Positions 12,901 through 23,032 of a stretch of 64,000 nt of DNA are shown here, piece after piece; position 1 is the first letter of the stretch, and the number at the start of each line of letters is the position of its first letter. A model generated the notes under the pieces. That model made no database searches, had not been told where the DNA came from, and was given only the letters and a program-made list of their open reading frames with translations. Origin of the DNA: Schmidtea polychroa (Eukaryota); the NCBI GenBank assembly GCA_044892525.1, contig CM097886.1, positions 183,074,312 to 183,138,311 of the forward strand. The letters run 5' to 3'. The position numbers and the translations under genes were made by a program.

Positions 12901-15900
12901 ATATATTTATCGTAAACAAATAGCTCATCGAATCTGACAGCTTCATACTTACAGAGATTTACATTCACCCTTAATATTTTGATTTTGACATCATTATTGA
13001 AAAAAGAGAAATAATAATAATAATAATAATTTTAAATCAATAAATAATAATAAATTAATAAAATAACTTGTCAATATATTATATAATTCAAATAAATCAA
13101 TAATTATTCCATTTCCACAAAGTTTATGAAATATTTCAACATAAAATCGATCGCCTTCACTCAAATGCGAAATTTAAAAAATTTAACAAATCGATCTGAC
13201 GCTTCATAAAATATTTATTTAAAATTCATAAATAAACCAATCAAATATTTTCTCACCGATTTGTCGTAAACCGTTTTCTTCATGATCGATTCGACAAACA
13301 GATGATGGCCTTGATTGACAGCCAATTCCAGAAATGACAGCTCGCCCTAATCAATATCAATACAAATCCAAATAATTATTTGACCTTACGATTCTGCGCT
13401 GCCCATTGATAGTGTGAGCAGAATTGAATCTCTTGAACCCGCTCATGTGCCCGTGAGTGATGCAGCGATAAAGGACGCACTGAAATTATTTATTTATTGA
13501 TTTATTCAAATAATCAGCTCACTTCTTTCATTAAATTTGCATTTTTGTCCATTTGTGCTGTCAATAATTCCATTGCATTATTGATTTCCTATTGATGAGA
13601 ATATTAATTATATCAATCAATAAATCAATCAAACTTTATCATCAATTGGTTTGTCAAGGATTAATTTAATAATCTTATCAGCATTGGACTCGATTGCTCC
13701 CTCCAGCACAGCCAATCCAGTCTAAATATCAATTATTAACCAATCAGAATATCACAAATTTACATAAATATTCTGCATTATGAAATCAGAAGATTTGAAC
13801 AAATCACCAAATGCGATTGCATCATCCCGTTCAATGGCAGGAAATAACTGAAATATTTATTCAAATTGATTCATAATGAAATAATTCACACTTTCTCCGC
13901 ATGAGTCAATATTTCCACGCGATCAGCACGATTATATTGCTTTGCATAATCCAGCGGACTCTTTCCATCCTAAATAAATAATCCAATCAAAATATCCGAA
14001 TCAGCGAATCATTTAAACATCCCCATTCACAAACAGATCATTAAAGCACTGTGGCAATAAATGGTACTAAAACCGACACTGCAAAACCGCGTGCAAAGTG
14101 TAAATACCCGTGAGATATCATGCTAAAGAAATAGTTGAGAAATGGCAAATCTGATCCGAATTACTAGCCAATGGAATTGCCGATTTGCATTTATTAATGA
14201 ATTCTGTCAGTGGAGATCTCCAAATAAATGAAGTCGACATTTCAATATTGCTTCATTCATTTCAGACATTTACTGCATAAAATTCTCCAGTGCAAGGAAT
14301 AAATTGCCAGAAAAGCTGCTAGAAAAGCTTTTCATTCATTTTGAGGCGTAGCAGAAAATATTTCAAATAGCAAAAATTATTTCTGTTGAGAAGTGAAAAA
14401 GTGAATTAAAAATAAAATCGATAGCAAGGAAATAGCCAATTAAAATGCTGAATTTAATGTGAGAAGTAGAGAAATGCAAATTTACAGGAAATATTTTACA
14501 TACCAAAACGTAAACAATATTTGTGATGAACATCTGGCCTGCACAATCAATATTCAGTGGCCATTGTTCTGCTTGCATTGCAATTATTGGCCTGATCTGT
14601 TTCACGGTAATTTTGATACAAATGCTATGTAAATATATAATTATTATTTTTAGCTTTGTTTTTATCATTATCATTAAATTATTTGTGAAATGTCCGAAAT
14701 ATTGGCAAATACAAATGAGAAACCCGATGAGTATTCTGGCAATGAAAGCGATGAACATTATGACAGTGAATATATCATACAATAGTGACAGCGACACTCC
14801 TGACAATGAAGGAGCTTCTTCCTCCTCAGAAAGCGAGAGTGAATATGAGAAATTTACAAAATAAAGGTGCGAATGTTACAGTTGATGAGCAACTATTTCC
14901 AACCAAGCTCGATGCTTTATAAATCATGACTTTGTTCTCACAATTTAGAAAGGTAAACCGAACTAAAGTTATTTTTAAAGTTATTTCAAAACATAAATTC
15001 TCTTTCATTTTATAATAATATATCTGATCGAATGGCAAGGAAATGTAGCGTCAAATCTGGGCCTAGAATATGGCCGCTTCAAGTACCTTTCAATATGCTA
15101 GGCTTAGCTGCAATGAATGCCTCGATACCATATAAGGGAACTGCAGCAGATAACATATCAATATGCTAGGCCTAGCTGCAATGAATGCCTCGATACCATA
15201 TAAGGGAACAGCAGCAGATAACATATCAATATGCTAGGCATAGCTGCAATGAATGCCTCGATACCATATAAGGGAACAGCAGCAGATAACATATCAATAT
15301 GCTAGGCCTAGCTGCAATGAATGCCTCGATACCATATAAGGGAACTGCAGCAGATAACATATCAATATGCTAGGCCTAGCTGCAATGAATGCCTCGATAC
15401 CATATAAGGGAACCGCAGCAGATAACATATCAATATGCTAGGCCTAGCTGCAATGAATGCCTCGATACCATATAAGGGAACTGCAGCAGATAACATATGC
15501 TGCTCAATACAAAATCAGAAAGCGTGTCACCAGTAAATATATCGACACCTTCAAATAGCCTCCATCTCACGCGTAAATGGCGCATGATTGGATATTGCAA
15601 TAATAATAACATCACAAATAATTATTTTCATTGCTTTAAATGAATTATTTCCAGTTTAATAATGAATATTATATTATAATTATATTTATTTATTATTTGA
15701 TAATATGGCAGCGCATGTAAGGCTACTTTATAAAGGTTATTTGCTAATCAATCGCTTCTGCTTGGGGAGCAAGATATTATATTTGATGGCCCATTGAAGC
15801 CATTATGACTGTTGCTGGTAGCAATTGCTGTGATTGTTATTGGCCGTTCTAGTGTTAGTTATCTAAATTGATAAATTATTGGCTGTTGGCAATGCAATTT

Positions 15901-16615
15901 GCTGCGGCGGCTGGTAAAGGGCAAGATCATATGATAATGCTGTCACATCGATATTGGCCATATCGGGCCTGCAGGGAGCTATTGCATTCTCACCCCGCTA
16001 ACGGTTCCATTGACACCTCATTCTGTGCTCTCTTGCCTCTCACTAGAGCTCTCTGAGGCAGTTCTCAATGGCATTTCATTCATTGCTCCTTATGCAATCC
16101 ATTTCACATATTCAATTAACCAGATCGCAACTCACCAGATTTAATTGATATTTCATTATATAAAATGTTAATGTTTACTTTTGTTCGGCAATCGATTCGG
16201 CATTTCCGCTGCAGCAATAATTTCAATATTTCTGAATGCCCATGGCAGCTAGCATAATGAATCGCTCTCCATCCCTGCAATTTATCAATTGATTATTTAT
16301 TTGCAATGATTATTTACCCATTTGGTCTCAGATTCCACATCGCAGTTGCTGTCAAGCAATAACCTGGCAATATCAACAAATCCATAACGGCAAGCAATGT
16401 GAATGGGCAACCGGCCCTGAAATCAGAAACATTAACCCAATAATTCGCATTGCCAATCAATCTCACATAATCATCAACAATCCTATGCACAAATTCTCCC
16501 CTCAAATTATCCCTGACGCCCTCCACATTTCCCCTCATCAAGTGCGCCTTGAAACATTGAAAATCCCTGCAATGCAAATTATCCAATGCAAATCATAATC
16601 AATATTTCACCCCAT
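928..16615 (-). CDS. Ankyrin-repeat protein with C-terminal C3HC4 RING finger (putative E3 ubiquitin ligase), copy 1; 21 exons, about 892 aa
   Basis: Hand-spliced exons: 16615-16611, 16566-16467, 16416-16318, 16274-16179, 13969-13892, 13847-13764, 13721-13635, 13588-13523, 13479-13390, 13346-13257, 5620-5522, 5472-5368, 5327-5229, 5177-5079, 5034-4936, 4880-4850, 2445-2150, 2108-1990, 1949-1355, 1312-1115, 1071-928. All introns are GT-AG, 17 of 20 are 40-55 bp, phases are compatible, and the 2679-nt CDS has no internal stop. Ankyrin motifs include [49 protein letters not shown]: CQIC-x10[10 protein letters not shown]6-CPFC. The joins across the three long introns are inferred from phase and motif continuity. 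Confidence 0.85.
4143..4545 (+). pseudogene. Actin pseudogene fragment, internally deleted, antisense in intron 16 (copy 1)
   Basis: [25 protein letters not shown] is joined to [21 protein letters not shown] and [43 protein letters not shown]; contains stops and frameshifts. Confidence 0.92.
4591..4605. mobile_element. hAT excision footprint TTCTAGA-A-TCTAGAT
   Basis: The orthologous site in unit 2 holds a 2400-bp hAT element flanked by the TSD TTCTAGAT. Here 15 bp remain, versus 8 for an empty site. Confidence 0.88.
6500..7430 (-). mobile_element. Decayed Gypsy-type integrase fragment
   Basis: [27 protein letters not shown]...[18 protein letters not shown] (rve core) and a C-terminal [19 protein letters not shown]; multiple stops. 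Confidence 0.8.
7640..8020 (+). mobile_element. Tc1-family transposase N-terminal remnant
   Basis: [17 protein letters not shown]...[14 protein letters not shown]...[12 protein letters not shown]...KKQLL, with a frameshift and stops. Confidence 0.78.
8127..8517 (+). mobile_element. hAT (SPIN/Charlie, GTF2IRD2-like) transposase remnant
   Basis: [23 protein letters not shown]...[26 protein letters not shown]...[15 protein letters not shown]. Confidence 0.85.
8535..10917 (+). mobile_element. Ty3/Gypsy LTR retrotransposon, 5' part (gag, protease, partial RT), truncated at a Penelope element
   Basis: gag 8680-9774 has two CCHC knuckles and one in-frame TGA. Protease [11 protein letters not shown]; RT motifs IDLGNAYNQ and [16 protein letters not shown] possible LTR (TG at 8535) and PBS-like TGGCGACG at 8747 are low confidence. 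Confidence 0.92.
10918..12360 (+). mobile_element. Penelope-like element (GIY-YIG type), 5'-truncated with an inverted RT segment
   Basis: Minus strand 10918-about 11175: FYGLPKVHK...[13 protein letters not shown] (RT). Plus strand about 11175-11958: RT C-terminus and GIY-YIG ([29 protein letters not shown]), then an AT-rich 3' region containing a hammerhead. Confidence 0.92.
12252..12294 (+). ncRNA. Minimal type I hammerhead ribozyme in the Penelope 3' region (copy 1)
   Basis: CTGACGA (12257), stem II GATTG/CAATT, then GAAA-TATA-TC. The palindromic tetranucleotide helix III is typical of Penelope hammerheads. Stem I is weak. Confidence 0.75.
12546..12946 (-). mobile_element. IS630/Tc1-like transposase HTH remnant
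   Basis: [21 protein letters not shown]...[11 protein letters not shown]...[27 protein letters not shown]...ERYNYA. Confidence 0.65.
14700..15620 (+). mobile_element. piggyBac transposase remnant in intron 4 (copy 1)
   Basis: Acidic N-terminal tract, then [13 protein letters not shown] and [43 protein letters not shown], then [12 protein letters not shown]. No TTAA-flanked termini found. Confidence 0.8.
15090..15498. repeat. 68-bp tandem array, 6 units, inside the piggyBac remnant
   Basis: Units start at 15091, 15159, 15227, 15295, 15363 and 15431; no spacers. Confidence 0.97.
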
Positions 16616-18149
16616 CTTGATATTTACTTTCTGTTTTATCTATCAATTAATTGCAAAATCAATAAATTTAATTATAATTTAATTAACAAGTTCAAAATCA
16701 AAAAATCTTACTTCCTAAAATCCAAATGAAATCAATTAAATAGCAGCCAATCAATTCTCAAGGCTAAATAATAAATTTGAAGCGATAAAACAAATCAATT
16801 GCAATCAATAATAAATGTAATATATATAATGGAATTGTCAGGCTGATAAAATTGATATTCAATATTCAATGCGACAACCGAACGATCTGACGGATTCCCC
16901 CGATGCGGCAATTATTATCAATGATTACAACATTCCATGAAGCTGCAAATATTATTATTATTCTTTGGTAACTTTCAAATAATTTGCAAGCATTACACAA
17001 ATGCCTAAATATTATTTTAAATGCTCAATTATATCCACTCAAATCCTCATGCTAATAAATAACAATATTAATAACAATTTTATACAAATCATTTAATTGC
17101 TTTATAATTGCTGATATTTCATAACATCACATATAATTGTTACATAAAATGAATAAATTTATTAATTAAATAATAAATCAAATAGAAATTATATTAATAA
17201 ATACAAAGATGAAAAACATAAAAAATTAAACATTTGAATAATTATAAAAGCCAACATAATTATATAAACAAATATACAAAAATATTATAATGGTAATATA
17301 ATTGAAAGCACATTAACGCAAAACAAATATATTTCACTAAAACTGGAAATAATAATGCTTAAATTAAATCAGCAAATGTTTAACAAAAAATATCATAATA
17401 TTCTAAAAATTTAAATATTTTAATTTCAAATATATAATGCATTAGTAAGATGGGAAACTACTTACAAAATTATTAAAAGTTTGTTTAAAATTAATGGTTT
17501 TTTGAATTTGACTTTGGAATTTGATTTACTGTTCACCTCTTAAGTGGTAATTGATAACATTTTTGTGAACATAATTTTTCAAAGTTTCTCTATGTCTCAA
17601 TTCGAATTTGGAATTTTCAGTTTTCATCATTATTTACAATCGTCTTTCTTCCAAAAGTGTATTGTTGGTTTCTGAACTATGCCGAAATTCCGAGCATTTT
17701 GAAAGCTACAGAATATTATTATTTTTACTTCATGATTCATTAGTCGAGAACACTTCAGATCTATTTCAGGACGAGGAGATTTTAATCGGTTTTTCCTTAT
17801 TAGTTTCATTCATTAAATTGCTTCAAGTTACGATCAAGGACATTTTGGATTGGTACTTATTCTGAGGATCCATAAAAACTCGAGGTTTCGAGCTTATATG
17901 ATATCACTGGAGTAATTACAAGATATAATTCTGCGTTCAATAAGGCTCATTTATAATTATTCATCTGACAATTCCACTCATATTTCATTAATGATTTTGC
18001 CAATCATGACAGAAAATAGCTATTTTAGCTCCTCGGTTTATAAAAAATTGATCAAAGATTGAACCGTAAATAATAAAGCAATTGTTGGGTCGCTTAGGGG
18101 TGTGTCATTTTATTGCTAAAATGTTTTAGGGGTATTATATGTAAGGAAT

Positions 18150-21100
18150 TGACTCCTTTCTAAACGCCTTAATGACTATTGTACTTTAGACCATCTGTGT
18201 ACCCATGTCAGAGGTGTACGCAATGATTGAAAATCAATGACCAGGTGAGCTCTATTGCTAAAATTACTCCTTATTGCATTTTCTTTTCAGATTCTGGAAT
18301 CCGATAAAAAGTCTTACGTCATTATTCAGTATCTGTTCTATCGCTAGATCATTGTCATGTTTTCATTTAACTGTGGTCTTCATTGCCCATTTCAATAATC
18401 TATTTTATGTATCCTTATGATTCTATAGCCCTTCAAATGTTTTATGGTCTGTTCTAATAACTACCTCTGTTCTATATATATGGCCTAAATTATTTCTATT
18501 GTTGAATATCTTAATTGGGCACCTTTTAACGTTTTACTTGCATTAGCTATTACATAAACTTTACATTTTTCTTCTTCTTGTATTAAGACTGCCCCTACGG
18601 CTTTACCGCTGGCGTCAGTCATAACTATAAATTGTTTTTTAAAGTCTGGGTATCTTAATATTGGTGCAGTTACTAATTTTTCGTTTATTGATCAATGTTT
18701 TTGATGTTTTGCTGTCCATTTCTTTTGTGGTTTATTGATTTTATCGTTTATACTTTGTACTATGAACACATTTTTACTTTCTCCCTTGGTTTTTATTCCT
18801 TTAGTTAATTCTATCATCGGTGCTTCTATTTTTGCATACTCTTGTATAAATTTACGATAATACCTTGTTAAACCTAAAAATCCTTGCACTTGTAATGTTT
18901 TTGGGACTGGAAACTTTTTTACAGCTTCAATTTTATCTGGGTTTAGTGTTATGCCCTCCACACTAACAATATGTTCCAAATATAACGCTGAGGGCTCCGC
19001 CCATTTACATTTAGTTGATTTAATCTTTATCTTTGTCTTTCTTAATCGCTGTAATACGTTTGTAATGTCTTTTAAATGTTCCTCAAATGTTTTTGATGAT
19101 ATTAGTATGTCGTCCATGTAAACTGCGCAATGATGTACACCTACTAATATTGTATTCATTAAACGCTGGAAGGTTGATGGTGCATTGGTTAACCCAAAAG
19201 GTAATCTTTATTTGCATAAATGGCTGAAAAATATTTAGAGTCTCTTAATTTATCAAATTGTTCTTGTGCTTTTGGAAATGGGTATGAGTCTTTTACTGTT
19301 ACGTCATTTAGTTTATGATAGTCAATGCACATTCTTATTTCTCCATCTTTTTTTCTAACTGGTACTATTGGTAGTGCCCATTGTGAAAAACTTTGTTTAA
19401 TTACACCTGCCTGTTTTAATTCTTTAATTTTTCGTTTTATTTCCTCCTTCAATTTATAAGGTACTCATTAGGGTCTTTGTTTTATGGGTCTATCATTATC
19501 TGTATCTATCACATGTCTAATGATGTCTGTATCTCCTAAATTAAATTCATGCTTAGCAAAAACATCGTTACATTCATCAATTAAGGTTTCTAATTGTGAT
19601 TGTTGATTTTCATTTAAATATTTATTATCAATTTTTACTTTATCGTAGAATTTTATGTTATTTGGTTTAACCAGTTCGACAACGTTTTCACTCGTATTCT
19701 CCGTTATTCACATCTCACTTATTTCAATAATTTGTTCTGCTTTTCCTTTAAATAGCTTTCATAGTTTTGTATCTTTATGTATTTTTATATTATTATTTTC
19801 ATAATTTGCAAATCGTATCAGGATTATTCCGTTTTTTGGAGTTACACACTCGTCTATCAGCATACATTGTGATTTTTTGTGATTGCCGTAACAAGCTCAA
19901 AAATAAAAGTGTCCTCACTTTTGATATTAACTTTTACAGGAACTATATGACTACATTTGTATTCTAGCTCTAAACCTTCTAAAACGATTACCTCTGAAAA
20001 TTTTGCGTTACGGTGGTTTGCTTTCCTTTTAACTGTACTATTTGTTAAATCTATCACACAATTTTCTAGTTTATTAAGTATGTCCATTCCAAGAACACAT
20101 AAGCTTTTGCACTCCTCAGCGACTTTAATATATATGATTTATTGTTTGACTTGCCAAATGGGCAGTTAGCTCAATGTTTTCTTTTAATGGAATATCGTGT
20201 GCTGACAATGATACCACTCTTTCTCTTGTCGTTACAATATTTTTCTTTTGATTCTCTGTTAATTAACCCTCTCTTATCAATGATGCTGCTGCTCCTGTAT
20301 CAACTTGAGCATATATGCTTATAATATCTATTGTTATTTGAAGTAGTGGTCTTGCTTCATTTGCCGATCCCCATAGGTCATTTATGCAAAGTTCCAAACT
20401 ATAGCACCCGTATATATTTTCTGGGTATACCATGACAACCTTTGCTTAGTTTTGGCATCTTAATTTCAATATTATTTTCCATTTCTTTTAATAAATCTCT
20501 TTGATTATCGTATAGGCCTTTGCTTGGCTGTTGTTCTGATTCTTCCGGGTTTCTTCATCTTTTTCTATGATCATTATTTGCTGCTAGTCTTCTCTTTGTC
20601 TTTTTATTAATCGGATCTATTTGTCATGTTTTGCTGTTATTAAATATTTCGCTATGAATGGACAAAAACATGCTATTAGCTTGTACGAATTTCCAAACAC
20701 TTGTCTGAGCTACTTTAATGACACTAATGATGGGCAAATCATTTTCAATAGAGTCACTGTATAGTATATTCATAATATTGCTGAGAACATGTTTCCGAGG
20801 ATTGCGAAATATCCCAATATAATATATAATATTTGGTATAATACTCAGTATACCACCATTTTTTAAATGTTCCTCTACCTGAGTAGTTTCCATATATACT
20901 TCATAATCATTGTAATTGCTCCGTTTATGACCTAATTGGTTTTGACTTCCTTAGTTATCGTTCTTAATTAGTTATTTCTGTTGACCATTTTAGTAATTCC
21001 CCTTCTTCTGTTTACTCTCGTTTATCCTACTGTTTAGATAATTGCTCTCTAAATTCTCAAATTGTTTATTTCCCCAAATTGCCGCGCTCAGGTTTTCTTC

Positions 21101-21420
21101 ATCGCTCGGGTTCTCCATTGGCTCGGACTTCCCATTAGCTCCGGTTATCCATTAGTCAATTAATTAATAGTTTGTGTTTTTCCATATTTGGCTGTTTTTC
21201 GACCTTTCTAAACATTTTCTAACAATTTATTGCTCACTGTTCTTCATTATTCCCAAATCTACAGCTGTCCCGTTTTTCAGCTTCAATTTCGATAACATTT
21301 CACTTTATCCCACTTCCTCAGATTTGCAAATGTTTCTATTTCGTGTCTGATTGTACTATTTTATAGTTCTGTTTTTGTCATATCTTTCTTTGCCATTAAT
21401 TCTCCGCTTGATCACCATTC
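18150..21420 (-). mobile_element. Second decayed Ty3/Gypsy element (gag remnant, RT, RNase H)
   Basis: WALPIVPVRKKDGEIRMCIDYHKLN, AVYMDDILISS, QGFLGLTRYYRKFI, and RNase H TAPILRYPDFKKQFIVMTDASG; fragmented by stops and frameshifts. Confidence 0.88.
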
Positions 21421-21779
21421 TCTTTCGTTCAATTTTGGTTTTCTTTTTACTCGAAATTATTTAATTTAACGTAATTTAATAATTCACTTTTACAACCTCA
21501 TCATAAATAATATTTGTAAATATTATATTAATAATTAAACATTAGGTAAAATTATAATATAATTATATAATTGAAATTAATAGAAATATTGTAGAATGAT
21601 GTTTTCTTGCTTTATATATTGTTGGTGTAAAATAATCCTCTTGTTTTGTACTGGACAAGACCCATGCTCAAAATAATCAACGTTTTACGGATTTCGTAAT
21701 GTGACAAATTTTTTTGGGGTACTCGAACCAAAATATATAGTCAAATTATCAACAGTATCCGGAGGTTATATTTTCTGAG

Positions 21780-22103
21780 TTTCACACCCAGCTTCTGAAT
21801 GTTATCTCAATTGTGAAGAATGAATTGAAGGAAAAGATATAAATTAAAACATTTGCGGAATTACTTCTTACAAAATATAGCTTTTTAAAAAGTGAATTTT
21901 CGGAAATCTTTATAGCTTTCATGTTGTTTTTACACTTTCTGTTACAGGAGCTTTTCTATACAGAGAGGATATTTAGCAAATTCAACATTATCAAAGATTA
22001 CAAAAGAAATTCTATTGTCCAAACTAGACTACGTGATCTTGCTATCCTAAACATAGAACATGCAGAAGCAGATAAAATGGATCTCAAAGACCTTGGCAGT
22101 TGA
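21780..22103 (+). mobile_element. hAT C-terminal dimerisation-domain remnant (ZMYM1-like)
   Basis: TERIFSKFNIIKDYKRNSIVQTRLRDLAILNIE. Confidence 0.75.
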
Positions 22104-23032
22104 CGTTCCACACGGGATGTTTATATTCTCACGATGAAATGTTCTTATGAAATATGTAATTAAGTTCCATTATCGCAGTTGTCGCAGACCGGATGTCTAC
22201 GTGATGGATGAGATGGTAAACCTAATCTCGTAATACAGAATCGAATACATGTGCTTTTGAATTTTTTCCTTGGGAAAATACGATGGAGCAATGAAATGGT
22301 CGTGTATGCTTCTTGGAATAATAAAATTTACTGATATCGGAAATTGGCTTGGAAAAATCTATCTAGCAAGATGCAAAGAAGTCGAAAATTCAGAATTGGA
22401 GTCTAAAAAGAAAATCCTATTCATTGAACCGATGATATTTAATGTCTAATCGTTGTGAAGGTAGTCATGGAAAAATTCGTTTCCAATTGTTGACGAGTGC
22501 ATCATCATCGAGGAGTGGAGATTTGCTCATAGACTAAAGGTAATATTCCGTGTAGTGAGAAGTCGTTGCCTCGGTATCACCATTCATGCGGATCAACTGA
22601 GAACTACTGACACAAGTGCCATCAATTCTCAATCAACCCCCCGAACGGGTCAAACCACATCTATAAATCATATTAAGTTATAAAAAATTCTCAATGCAAA
22701 TGTTTAATACATTTATATGAAAAATTCAAATAGTTATAAGTTCAATCAAGGTCAATATTCAGCAGTTATCTCGCCCAAGATGGAATCCTACGAAAGTTTC
22801 TCTCTCCCACAGCACAATAAATTTCTCATTTCAGACTTATTATCACACGTCTCTCCATCATGCCTCTATTTTCTCATCTCCTTCCTTTAGTTGGTCATCT
22901 CATTCGATTTCCATAGATGTCGGATTTATCCCCTCATCTTCACATGTCCATGCGATTTCCCAATGTCCTACAAAAGTTTCTGACATTCAACTATTTTCTT
23001 TCTTACTCAGTCCAATTTCTAGTGGCTGTGAT

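Noticed and set aside
13257-13969. TRP channel N-terminus
   Set aside because: [10 protein letters not shown] resembles TRP pre-S1 motifs, but the assembled protein has no transmembrane block and ends in a RING.
14363-14864. Hydrophobic 147-aa and 113-aa ORFs as membrane proteins
   Set aside because: AT-rich shadow frames over the piggyBac remnant, with no recognisable motif.
15090-15498. CRISPR-like array
   Set aside because: Contiguous 68-bp units with no unique spacers; derived from piggyBac coding sequence in a eukaryotic intron; no cas genes.
16314-16586. 90-aa [12 protein letters not shown]... (and 50168-50440) as a standalone gene
   Set aside because: It reads through introns and shifts out of the true frame; only the exon 2 part is real coding sequence.
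16884-16905. NF-kB-like site GGGGGAATCC upstream of the start codon
   Set aside because: Imperfect match to the consensus, a single occurrence and no independent support.
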